Part shown: positions 25,367 to 34,011 of the stretch, one piece after another
Layout: each line of letters begins with the position of its first letter
How positions within the stretch are numbered: the first letter of the stretch is position 1
Assembly (NCBI GenBank): GCA_002159155.1
Contig: LZRQ01000027.1
Span: 1 to 34,011, forward strand
Source of the DNA: Firmicutes bacterium ZCTH02-B6
GTDB lineage: Bacteria > Bacillota > Limnochordia > Limnochordales > ZCTH02-B6
Direction: 5' to 3'
DNA: 34,011 nucleotides
Notes under the pieces: model-generated
Told to the model about the DNA's origin: nothing
The model's database searches: none
Seen by the model: the letters and a program-made list of their open reading frames with translations, nothing else
Position numbers and translations under genes: made by a program

Positions 25367-27427
25367 TCACGCTACCCGGAAGCGGTTTACCCGCGCCTGC
25401 ATTTCGGCAGCACGGCGGTTAAGCTCCTCCGCCCGCGCGGCCAACTGCTGCGTCACCAGTTGCTGGGTAGCAGCCGCGCTGTCGTGGGCCATCCGGTACG
25501 ACGCCGAAGCCTCTTTGCTGATCTGCTCCAAGACCGCCTGCTGCTTCTCAAGGACGCGGGTGACCTGGTGCAGCGTCTCATGGGCCGACTGGATGCTCCG
25601 CTCGATATTATCCATCTGGGAGACCACTTCGTCGGCTCCCGCAGCCGCCTGCCGGACCAACCCTAGCGCGTGGTCCACCAGCGACCGGATTCGCTCCGTC
25701 GACTCGGCGGACCGCACCGCGAGCCTGCGCACCTCGTCGGCCACTACGGCGAACCCGCGCCCCTCCTCGCCTGCGCGGGCCGCCTCGATAGCGGCGTTGA
25801 GGGCCAACAGGTTGGTTTGATTGGCCACTTCCTCGATGAGGCTGGTGATGCCCGCAATCTCCTGGCTGCCCCGCTCGATGGCACGGATAATTTCCACCAT
25901 GCCCCGCAGCTTCTCACGGCCGTCCTGGGCATGATCCACCGCTGCACGGGAGCGAGAGCCGGCGTCCACCGCGGCTTTGGCCGCCCCGCTGACTTCCGCG
26001 ATGACCTCAGAAATCGCTTCCTGCATGCGCTGCACCGCGTGGGTTTGCTCCTCGACCCGCCCGGCCAGGCGGTTGGCCGTTTCCGCAAACTGCCGGGCAC
26101 CATCGGCTACGGCGTCGCTGTTTTCCCGCACGGCGGCCATGGCCTCCCGCAGGTTGGCCAGCGCCGCATCCAGATGGGCTTGTAGCCCCCGCAACTCTCC
26201 CTCGGCCGATACGGCCACCGGCCTCGTCAGATCTCCTTGGGACAATGCCCGTGCCAGTTCCGTCAAGTCCGCGAGCAGGTCGGCCACTTGCCGTGCGGCC
26301 GCCATGGCCTGCTCCTGCGCTTCCCTAAACTTTCCCGCCCCCTCCGCCTCCATCTTTTGCTGAGCGTGGAGGCGGCCAGCGGCCAAAGCCGACAAGCGGT
26401 CGGTCAAGTCTCGTATGGTGGTTTCCACCTGATCGGCTGCTGTGTTCACGGCCTGCTGGATACGCGCCAAGGCCGGCGGCAAGGTGACCAGTATGCGCCT
26501 GCCGAGGTCGCCCTGGGACATGCTAGTAAACACTTGCGCCATTTCGGCGATGAGCAGTTCGACGCCGTCCAGCGCCAAATCCAGTTCCCTCAAGGCCTTG
26601 GCTAGATCCGAGTGACCGTACACGTTGAGCCGCACGGACAAATTGCCCTGCTCCAGGGCTTGCGCCAGATGGCGAAGCCTGATGACCGTCTTTGACCATT
26701 GGGCTGCGACTTGGATGGCCATCGCGATGCCCGTCACGGCGGCCACTGCCCAAAGGGTCCACACCATCGCCGGCGCTACACCCCACTGAAACGCGGCCAA
26801 CGCCGCGGCCGACCAAACCAACGTCCACCCAATGATGAAAAGCAACTGGTGTCGGACGGCCAGGCGTCCAAACACGCTGCGCTCTAGCCACGGCGCTTCC
26901 CGCTTCAAGGCGCCTAAGGTGTCCAGCTTGACCTCGCCAGCGCGAACCTTTTCGTACAATCGCTCGGCCTCCGCGATCTCCTGGCGGGTCGGCTTCACCC
27001 GTACGGACCGGTAGCCCACCGTCTTGCCGTCCCGCACGATCGGCGACACGAAGGCTCGCACCCAGTAATGGTCGCCGTTGCTGCAGCGGTTCTTGATGAC
27101 CCCGGTCCACCGGGCGCCGGCTCGGATCGTGCGCCAAAAGTCGGCGAACACCTCGCGCGGTACGTCCGGGTGGCGTACAATGTTGTGTCGCTTGCCAATC
27201 AGCTCTTCGTGGCTGTATCCCGCCACGGCGCAAAACGAGGCGTTGGCCGACGTGATAAAGCCTTTCAGGTCAGTTTCGGAAATCAGCCGTTCGTTTTCGG
27301 GATAGTCCCGCTCTACCTGCGTCACTGGCCGCTCCCTGGCCATGACGCGGCGTGGACCAACGGAATCCCCACTCTCCCACTCCTCTTGCTCCGCCTCAGG
27401 AGCTGCGACAAAGGTCGACATCGGCAT
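25367..27427 (-). CDS. Aer-like methyl-accepting chemotaxis protein, paralogue of 19500-21602
   Basis: Same PAS - 2TM - multi-HAMP - signal architecture and near-identical PAS motifs ('[44 protein letters not shown]'). SD AGGAG upstream; start 27427 or 27421. Confidence 0.93.
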   Translation of the reverse strand: MPMSTFVAAPEAEQEEWESGDSVGPRRVMARERPVTQVERDYPENERLISETDLKGFITSANASFCAVAGYSHEELIGKRHNIVRHPDVPREVFADFWRTIRAGARWTGVIKNRCSNGDHYWVRAFVSPIVRDGKTVGYRSVRVKPTRQEIAEAERLYEKVRAGEVKLDTLGALKREAPWLERSVFGRLAVRHQLLFIIGWTLVWSAAALAAFQWGVAPAMVWTLWAVAAVTGIAMAIQVAAQWSKTVIRLRHLAQALEQGNLSVRLNVYGHSDLAKALRELDLALDGVELLIAEMAQVFTSMSQGDLGRRILVTLPPALARIQQAVNTAADQVETTIRDLTDRLSALAAGRLHAQQKMEAEGAGKFREAQEQAMAAARQVADLLADLTELARALSQGDLTRPVAVSAEGELRGLQAHLDAALANLREAMAAVRENSDAVADGARQFAETANRLAGRVEEQTHAVQRMQEAISEVIAEVSGAAKAAVDAGSRSRAAVDHAQDGREKLRGMVEIIRAIERGSQEIAGITSLIEEVANQTNLLALNAAIEAARAGEEGRGFAVVADEVRRLAVRSAESTERIRSLVDHALGLVRQAAAGADEVVSQMDNIERSIQSAHETLHQVTRVLEKQQAVLEQISKEASASYRMAHDSAAATQQLVTQQLAARAEELNRRAAEMQARVNRFRVA

Positions 27428-27669
27428 CGGCTCCTAACTAAACTGCGATCTCGCAAACCGGAAGCAATGGCTGCGCTGATAACCACGAAGGCTCGGCGCA
27501 GCCAAGAATCAAGAATTGATTGCAATCCTTTATCCCCAAGATGTACTATTTCCTGCCAACTCTTTCTTATGGGATTTACGCCTACGCAAGCGCTTCAGCC
27601 ATGTTTTGCTAGCATGGACTCGTGTTTAAGGATTATTGATTTTCATACTGTCCCGTTACATTATTGGTG

Positions 27670-27675
27670 TATAAT
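27670..27675 (+). promoter_or_regulatory. Consensus -10 element (TATAAT) in the AT-rich region upstream of the metalloprotease
   Basis: Perfect TATAAT, but no good -35 at 16-18 bp spacing. Confidence 0.3.
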
Positions 27676-27849
27676 GGCCTTGTCGGCGTCATGTCAGCAA
27701 AGGTGCAAGGGGGGTGCATCGCGACGGTCGCCCGATGGGGGGCGGGCGAACGGCCAGCTGTAAAACTCCGTTGCCTTCTTTAGCATTCTCGCGAGCGATT
27801 TTGCGGATAGTGCCCCAACATCATCGGAAGCGACCACGGACGGTAACCA

Positions 27850-28872
27850 GTGCAGCCACATAAGGCCAAAGTCGTATTGCTTCTCCTGCTGCTCTCCCTT
27901 TTGCTCTCAGCCTGTGGTGGAGCATTAAGCGGCGGTGGACTCACGACACCAGGACCTCCGACACCGCATAACCCTGGCGACCCCAATTTGACAGGCGGCG
28001 ACGGGCGCGTTTCCCCGTTGCGCGGACGCGTCGTGTTTGCAGACACAGACTTGGGAATGAGGTCGTGGGTTGTGTTTCGCGACGCTTCCATCTTTACCGA
28101 GGACGGCTATTTCGGGCTCGATCTCGTACAGGGAGAGAATGAGTTTGCCGTCCGCAATTTGCTTGGGGAATATCGAAGCTTTTTGGTTCATGACGGGTCG
28201 ACGCGCCACACACTCCGATTCCCTCCCTTTGAGGGTTGGAGCCGTGAATACTTCGACGAACTACTCACTTTTGCCAGCACCGGTACCGTGGGTCGATGGC
28301 CCAACGGGGCCGAGATACCCGTTTGGGTCGAGTCTCCCAGGGAGGACCCGCTAATCACCGACAAAGGGCTACAGAAGGCCTACGAAGCGCTGGAGATCTG
28401 GGAGGCCGTCCTCGGCGGCGAAGTGCGCTTCAGGGAGACCACCAATAAGAAGCTGGCTGAGGAACAAGGGCTTGTGCTCTATTTCGCGACACGTGCGGAA
28501 GTGCAGGAGCAGAGCAGCGTCACAACGGCCATCGGGGTCTGTTCACGCAGTTGGTATCCATCCGAGGGCCGCATCGTAGCGGGTCAGGTCTTCGTCGACC
28601 ACGCGTACCAAGATTCCCTGTCCCGCTGGCTACATGAAATCGGTCACTGCATAGGCCTAGGACACAGTCCGGATGAGGGCGACGTGATGCACCCCATTTT
28701 GTGGGAGCGAGATGGAAACCTGACGGAAAAGGAAAAGAACATGGCTAGATTGCTGTACACCATTCCGATGGGTACCCAGGGGTTCCGCACTTCCAAAAAT
28801 GCTTTGCAGTCTCTACCCGTCATTCCCAACGGCGTGGTCGTCGACATAATCGTCGCTGAGGCCGGAATGTAG
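27850..28872 (+). CDS. Lipoprotein metzincin zinc metalloprotease (matrixin/M10-like)
   Basis: Signal peptide with lipobox 'LLSA-C22'; Gly/Pro/Thr linker; extended zinc motif HEIGHCIGLGH followed by Met-turn 'DVMHP'. Confidence 0.85.
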   Translation: MQPHKAKVVLLLLLLSLLLSACGGALSGGGLTTPGPPTPHNPGDPNLTGGDGRVSPLRGRVVFADTDLGMRSWVVFRDASIFTEDGYFGLDLVQGENEFAVRNLLGEYRSFLVHDGSTRHTLRFPPFEGWSREYFDELLTFASTGTVGRWPNGAEIPVWVESPREDPLITDKGLQKAYEALEIWEAVLGGEVRFRETTNKKLAEEQGLVLYFATRAEVQEQSSVTTAIGVCSRSWYPSEGRIVAGQVFVDHAYQDSLSRWLHEIGHCIGLGHSPDEGDVMHPILWERDGNLTEKEKNMARLLYTIPMGTQGFRTSKNALQSLPVIPNGVVVDIIVAEAGM

Positions 28873-28890
28873 TGCGGAGGTGCCTGGGGG

Positions 28891-29421
28891 ATGTTCACCA
28901 GACGCTCGCCGATACGAACGTGGTCCACGCTCATAACAATCGCGCTGTTGCTCTTCGGCGCTTCGGGGGTGTCCGAAGCAGAAACCAGTGGTGACGTAGC
29001 TGTCGTAGAACTCTATGTAGACCGGGCTTCCCCTTTAGAGTGCAAGGTTCAGGAGCAGTGGGTCACCCAGCCTCGCCCGGCCCTTCGGGCGAGCTGGTTT
29101 GCTAAAGGTTTTGACGCCGCCCGGTTGATGGTACTGGTGTCCGTAGCCGACGGCGAAACGATCCACCATACCGGCGTAGTGTTCTTCGACGAGGATTTCG
29201 GCATCGTCGACGTGGTCGATCCCTGCAACGAAACTGTCCTGGCCCGTGTATCCATTCATCACCTGTTCCCCGACTCGGTGCGGCTCAGCACCGCAGGAAA
29301 CGAAGACAGCGCCCGATGGATTCGAGCTAATGACGAATTGCGCACAGCGGAGGGCTATACGGTTGTGTTTCGCGGTGTCTTCGGAAAAAGAGAGATCCTG
29401 GCCTTTGAGGTAATCGAATAG
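28891..29421 (+). CDS. Hypothetical exported protein
   Basis: SD GGAGG precedes the ATG. Basic-hydrophobic signal peptide ending 'SEA'; beta-rich mature part with two Cys. Lies 18 bp downstream of the protease. Confidence 0.65.
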   Translation: MFTRRSPIRTWSTLITIALLLFGASGVSEAETSGDVAVVELYVDRASPLECKVQEQWVTQPRPALRASWFAKGFDAARLMVLVSVADGETIHHTGVVFFDEDFGIVDVVDPCNETVLARVSIHHLFPDSVRLSTAGNEDSARWIRANDELRTAEGYTVVFRGVFGKREILAFEVIE

Positions 29422-29481
29422 CCGGCGCAGACCGGACGTTCGTCGGCACCAGGCCCTCTTTTTGGCGGTCCGGGAAACCGG

Positions 29482-30429
29482 CTAGTTTTGCCCACCCGTC
29501 CATGCGGCCACGGTTTCCCGGATCGCCTGCTCGTGGGGGGTGACGTAACCGCCAAAAGTCCGCTGGAACTTGGTGGCATCGACGATAAAGGAACGCTCAA
29601 ATTGGTACAGCACTTCTCCAACCTCCCGCAGATCGCGGGAAAAGAAGCCGGCCAGCGCCAGCATCCATCGCCTGACGGGCATGCCGATGCGCGGGGGACG
29701 GCCTAGCGCTGCAAAGACCAAGCGGATAAACTCCCGGCCGGTGATAGGTTCAGCCGCGGGCAGGTGCCAAACTTCCCCGAAGGCCCGGGCGTTCTCTGCG
29801 AGGGTGACCAGGTTTCTCCCGACATCGGGCAAATAGGCCAGTGTATGGGGGACATCGAGACTGCCCAGCCAGGCAGCTCGTTTCCCAGCGATCGCCGGTT
29901 GGAACACCAACTGCGCGGCGACATTGTTTCCCATGCTTCCCGGCGAGGGCGGACCGTAGAAATCCGAGGCCCTAGCGATGCAGACATCCGCTTTTCGCTC
30001 CCGGTGGGCGTTGAGGAAAAACTCCTCTAGTTGTGCCCGCAGCCTGCCCTTCGGGCCCACGGGCCGCCGGGGCGTTTCCTCCGTGATAGGACCCTCTGCC
30101 GGGCCATACATGTACACGTTGTCCACAACCACTAATCGGGCGCCTGCTTCAGCGCACGCGGCGAGAATTTCCCGGGCCAGCTGAGGAAGGGTTCGTTCCC
30201 ACTGGACATATGGGACGTTGACACAGTGATAGACGACGGCCGCTCCCTTGCACACCCGCGCCAAGGTGGATCGGTCCGTCGCGTCGCCCCGGACGTAGTC
30301 CACCCCGCCTGGGAACTGAACATCCTTTCGTCCAACGGCGCGCGTGGGAAATCCACGGGCCACCAATTCACGCACAACGGCACCGCCAGCTCCGCCTGTG
30401 GCACCGAGCACGACGTGAAAGCCAGTCAT
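29482..30429 (-). CDS. NAD-dependent epimerase/dehydratase (atypical SDR)
   Basis: Rossmann motif 'VVLGATGGAG', 'GDATD', 'VVDNVYMYG', 'ARASDFYGP', 'YLPDVGR', 'GEVWHLP'. Confidence 0.9.
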   Translation of the reverse strand: MTGFHVVLGATGGAGGAVVRELVARGFPTRAVGRKDVQFPGGVDYVRGDATDRSTLARVCKGAAVVYHCVNVPYVQWERTLPQLAREILAACAEAGARLVVVDNVYMYGPAEGPITEETPRRPVGPKGRLRAQLEEFFLNAHRERKADVCIARASDFYGPPSPGSMGNNVAAQLVFQPAIAGKRAAWLGSLDVPHTLAYLPDVGRNLVTLAENARAFGEVWHLPAAEPITGREFIRLVFAALGRPPRIGMPVRRWMLALAGFFSRDLREVGEVLYQFERSFIVDATKFQRTFGGYVTPHEQAIRETVAAWTGGQN

Positions 30430-30579
30430 ACGGACGCTAAAACCCCGCCAGCGAACTTTGATTACGTCTCACGCGGCAACCGCGCGGCGGCAAGCTTCAA
30501 AGGTCGCCTGCCGCTATCTTCGCCTGCGGGCGGCCTTGCCCTGCCGCCAGCGGCAACGGGATCGCGGAAACACGGCGGA

Positions 30580-33500
30580 TTATCCCGCTCGGATCATTTC
30601 CTCGACGCCGCGACGAGCCGTTTCCGCCGGCTGGGCACGCTTCCACCCCTTCGGCCGTATCGCCACAAACCGCTGCAAGACCGTTCCCCAGTCGGCGAGC
30701 AGCGCCCGGGCCTTCGGGCTACCGGTGAGCTGGTAGTGCCGCTCCACGATGGCAAACAGCCGCTGGCCATCGCTTTCGTCGATGGGACCGTAGGTCACCA
30801 GCTCATGGTTGACGCGCTGGGGTACCCGGCCCGTTTCATCGAGCACAAAGAGCTCCCCGCCGGTCATGCCGGCGGCCAGGTTGTAGCCGGTCGGTCCGAG
30901 GATGACGACCGTGCCGCCGGTCATGTACTCGCACGCGTGGTCACCAGTGCCCTCGACCACCGCGAGGCAGCCGCTGTTGCGCACGGCAAAGCGCTCGCCG
31001 GCACGGCCGCAGGCAAACAACGCCCCGCCGGTGGCGCCATAGAGCACGGTGTTGCCCATGATGACATGCTCGTGGGGGGCGTAACGGGTTCCGTCAAAGG
31101 GCCGCAGCACGATCTCCCCGCCGGCCAGCCCCTTGCCGACATAGTCATTGGCCTCGCCGATGAGGGTAAACCGCACGCCCGGCGGCAAGAAGGCTCCAAA
31201 ACTCTGTCCCGCCGAGCCGCGGAACGTCGCGTGGAGGCTCCCCTTGGGCAGGCCGCCGTCGCCGAAGCGGCGGGCAATGGTGAAAGCCAGCGTCGCCCCG
31301 ACCGCCCGGTCGGTGTTGGCGATGGGAAGTTCCACCTTCACATCCCGACCCAGGGCCATGGCTGGGGCCGCGTGGATGAGCAGCGCTGCGTCCGCCCTCA
31401 ACATGCCCTCCGACCGCCGCGGGCGCAGCAGGTCGTTGCGGGCCAACACCCGGTGGCGGGGCCGACCCTCGCACCCTTCCGGCACGGCCAGGAGCGGCGA
31501 CAGGTCCAACCGGGCGTAGGCCGGGTGTCCCGTGCGCACTTGCTCCAGCAGGTCCGTGCGGCCGATGATCTCGTCCAGGCTCCGGTAGCCAAGCTCGGCC
31601 AGGATCTCGCGCACTTCTTCCGCCACAAGGAGCATGTACGCCATCACGTTCTCAGGCCGTCCCACAAACTTGGCCCGCAAGTCCGGCCGCTGCGTCGCCA
31701 CGCCCGCCGGGCACGTGTTGTTGTGGCACACCCGGGCCATGACACAGCCTTCAGCGATCATGGCCGCGGTGCCAAACGAGAACTCATCGGCCCCGAGCAT
31801 CGCCGCGATGACCACGTCCCGGCCCGACTTGAGGCCACCGTCCACCCGCAAGCCCACCCGGTGCCGCAGGTTGTTGTCCAACAGCGCCTGCTGCGTTTCC
31901 GCGAGGCCGATCTCCCACGGCAGGCCGGCATTTTTGATGGAGTTGAGGGGCGAGGATCCGGTGCCGCCCGAGTGGCCGCTGATCACGATAATGTCCGCTC
32001 CACCCTTGGCCACCCCGGCCGCAATGGTGCCGACGCCGGTTTGGGCGACGAGCTTCACCGAAATCTCCGCGTCCGGATTCGCCGCTTTTAAGTCGTAAAT
32101 AAGTTGTGCCAGATCCTCGATGGAGTAAATGTCGTGGTGCGGCGGCGGCGAGATGAGAGCGACGCCCGGCGTCGTCTTGCGCAAGCGTGCGATGAGCGGC
32201 GTCACCTTGTCTCCGGGGATTTGGCCGCCTTCGCCGGGCTTGGAGCCCTGGGCGATCTTGATTTGGATTTCCGCTGCGGAGGCGAGGTATGCCGGCGTCA
32301 CGCCAAAGCGCCCGGACGCCACCTGCTTCACGGCGCTGTTGTGCTCCGTCCCAAACCGGTCTGGGTCTTCCCCGCCTTCGCCCGAGCCGGAGCGGGCACC
32401 GAGCCGGTTCATGGCGATGGCCAGCACCTCGTGAGCCTCGGGCGACAACGATCCCAGCGACATCTGCGCCGTGGAAAACCGCTTCACGATGGCCTCTGCC
32501 GGCTCCACCTCATGGATGGGGATCGGGCGCCGGTCGCTGTGAAATGTCAACGCCGAGCGCAGCTGGCTGGGCAAAGCGTTGACCATCTGCACCCATTCGG
32601 CGTAGGCGGCCCGGGAGGGGACGGCGGGGGCCGCTGTCCCGCTGCCGGCGCTGTCCGGGCTCTGCAGCCCGACGGCCTCGTGCAGTTTGCGGGCCGTCTC
32701 AGGCGTAAAGTCGTGATGCTCGCCCCCCTTGCGGGGCTTGTAAAAACCGTAGCTGTCCAGCTTGCCCGCCTGTGGAAACGCCTTTGCGTGCCAGGCGAGC
32801 ACGACCCGGGCGATGTCGGCGAAACCATTGCCCTTGACCACCGACGGCGTCCCCGGGAAGCACGTCTGCACCACCTCGTCCGCGAGTCCCACGGCCTCGA
32901 AGATCTGTGCCCCCATGTAGCTGTCGACAGTCGAGATGCCCATCTTGGACATAACCTTGAGCAAGCCTTCCTCGCACGCCTTGCGGAAACGGTCCTGGGC
33001 GGAGTCCGGCGTCATGGACTCGTCCTTGTACCGCATGGTCGCCACGGTTTCCAGAGCCAGATACGGGTACACCGCGGCCGCGCCATAACCCAACAGCGCG
33101 GCCATATGGTGCACCTCCCGCGGCTCGCCGCTCTCGACGACGATCGAGCAACGCATGCGCTTGCCGCGCCGGATGAGATGGTGATGAACGGCGCCGACCG
33201 CCATCAGGGACGGGATGGGGGCGTGCGCTTCGTCGACCTTGCGGTCGCACAGGACCAGCAGCGTCGCACCGGCGTCCACCGCGGCCTCCGCCTCGCGCAC
33301 CAGGCGCGTTACTGCCCTCGCCAGCTCTTCCGGTCCCCCGGCGACCGGAAACACGGTGTCCAGGCGCACCAGCGCAAACCGCGGATCCCGCCGGGCCACC
33401 TCCTCCAGCGCTGCCATCTCGCGTCCGAGCAGCACCGGCCCCGGCAGCTCGATCAGTGCCGCCGCCTCCGGGCGCTCAGCCAACAAGTTGTCCCGGGCGC

Positions 33501-34011
33501 CCAAAAGCGTTCGCAGCGAAAAGACCAGCCGCTCCCGCAGGTGGTCGATGGGCGGGTTCGTAACTTCGGCAAAGCGCTGCTTGAAGTAGTGAAACAGCGG
33601 CCGGGGCTGGTACGACAGCACGGCCAGCGCCGTATCGTCTCCCATGGAACCGCCCGGCTCCTTGCCGTCCTCGGCCATGGGCCGCATGATGACGATGAGC
33701 TCTTCCGAGGTGTACCCAAAAGCGAGTTGCCGTTGGGTAAGCTGGACCTGATCGGGCTCAAGATCGTCGTGCCCGGCAGCCGCTGGCCCGATCTCGGGTG
33801 AGTGCTCAGCGGCCGCAGCCGCCTGTCTTGCCAGCGGCACCATGTGCTGGCGGAGCCAATCGCCATAGGGCCGGTGCGCTGCCATCTCCGCCTTTATCTC
33901 GTGATCTTTATGCACACGGCCGCCCTCCAGGTCGACCGCGATCATCTGCCCAGGTCCGAGCCGCCCCCGCTCCACGACCCGCTCAGGCTCGATGGAGGCG
34001 ATACCCACCTC
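30580..34011 (-). CDS. gltB: Glutamate synthase large subunit; 5'-partial
   Basis: 'GSMGDD', 'FAEVTNPPID', 'KVMSKMGIST..SY.GAQIFEAVG', 'KQVASGRFGV', FMN domain 'IKIAQGSKPGEGGQ.PG', 'PPPHHDIYSIEDL', [3Fe-4S] motif 'CVMARVCHNNTC', GXGXG C-terminal domain. Frame is open to the window end. Confidence 0.97.
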   Translation of the reverse strand, partial: EVGIASIEPERVVERGRLGPGQMIAVDLEGGRVHKDHEIKAEMAAHRPYGDWLRQHMVPLARQAAAAAEHSPEIGPAAAGHDDLEPDQVQLTQRQLAFGYTSEELIVIMRPMAEDGKEPGGSMGDDTALAVLSYQPRPLFHYFKQRFAEVTNPPIDHLRERLVFSLRTLLGARDNLLAERPEAAALIELPGPVLLGREMAALEEVARRDPRFALVRLDTVFPVAGGPEELARAVTRLVREAEAAVDAGATLLVLCDRKVDEAHAPIPSLMAVGAVHHHLIRRGKRMRCSIVVESGEPREVHHMAALLGYGAAAVYPYLALETVATMRYKDESMTPDSAQDRFRKACEEGLLKVMSKMGISTVDSYMGAQIFEAVGLADEVVQTCFPGTPSVVKGNGFADIARVVLAWHAKAFPQAGKLDSYGFYKPRKGGEHHDFTPETARKLHEAVGLQSPDSAGSGTAAPAVPSRAAYAEWVQMVNALPSQLRSALTFHSDRRPIPIHEVEPAEAIVKRFSTAQMSLGSLSPEAHEVLAIAMNRLGARSGSGEGGEDPDRFGTEHNSAVKQVASGRFGVTPAYLASAAEIQIKIAQGSKPGEGGQIPGDKVTPLIARLRKTTPGVALISPPPHHDIYSIEDLAQLIYDLKAANPDAEISVKLVAQTGVGTIAAGVAKGGADIIVISGHSGGTGSSPLNSIKNAGLPWEIGLAETQQALLDNNLRHRVGLRVDGGLKSGRDVVIAAMLGADEFSFGTAAMIAEGCVMARVCHNNTCPAGVATQRPDLRAKFVGRPENVMAYMLLVAEEVREILAELGYRSLDEIIGRTDLLEQVRTGHPAYARLDLSPLLAVPEGCEGRPRHRVLARNDLLRPRRSEGMLRADAALLIHAAPAMALGRDVKVELPIANTDRAVGATLAFTIARRFGDGGLPKGSLHATFRGSAGQSFGAFLPPGVRFTLIGEANDYVGKGLAGGEIVLRPFDGTRYAPHEHVIMGNTVLYGATGGALFACGRAGERFAVRNSGCLAVVEGTGDHACEYMTGGTVVILGPTGYNLAAGMTGGELFVLDETGRVPQRVNHELVTYGPIDESDGQRLFAIVERHYQLTGSPKARALLADWGTVLQRFVAIRPKGWKRAQPAETARRGVEEMIRAG

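Noticed and set aside
30226-33801. Long plus-strand ORFs 30226-32091 (621 aa) and 32104-33801 (565 aa)
   Set aside because: Antisense shadows of gltB, expected in high-GC DNA; no motifs.
1-34011. CRISPR arrays, tRNA/rRNA genes, IS elements
   Set aside because: No regularly spaced repeats, cloverleafs, transposases or terminal inverted repeats seen; the only long repeat is the MCP paralogue pair.

Overview
High-GC bacterial chromosomal window with about 28 genes or gene remnants. I found no rRNA, tRNA, CRISPR array or transposase. Left to right: a partial TRAP 4TM/12TM permease and a DapA-like aldolase; then a minus-strand envelope-transport operon (LolC/E-type permease fused in frame to a LolA-like domain, a second permease, a LolD-like ATPase, a probable outer-membrane beta-barrel, a single-chain double TetR regulator, then a GNAT). 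That operon's sigmaA-type promoter is overlapped and followed by two TGACC-N4-GGTCA palindromes. Next come a sugar O-acetyltransferase, a TPR-alpha/beta hydrolase and a TPR gene remnant. A YtrA(GntR)-headed ABC operon continues into YbjQ, DinB and GT2 genes, followed by a truncated Rid gene and a fold-type III PLP enzyme. An orphan Dam-type methylase follows, then two paralogous Aer-like PAS/multi-HAMP chemoreceptors of 36H length flanking a complete group I ECF transporter. The window ends with an AT-richer patch holding a lipoprotein metzincin plus an unknown exported protein, an NAD-dependent epimerase, and the 3' part of gltB. Bacillota-type signals (strong SD sites, YtrA, ECF, sigmaH-like promoters) together with outer-membrane-type genes suggest a diderm Bacillota such as Limnochordia (inference only). 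The best candidate for an undescribed system is the autoregulated Lol-like trans-envelope transporter with a tethered LolA-like carrier (3663-10223).
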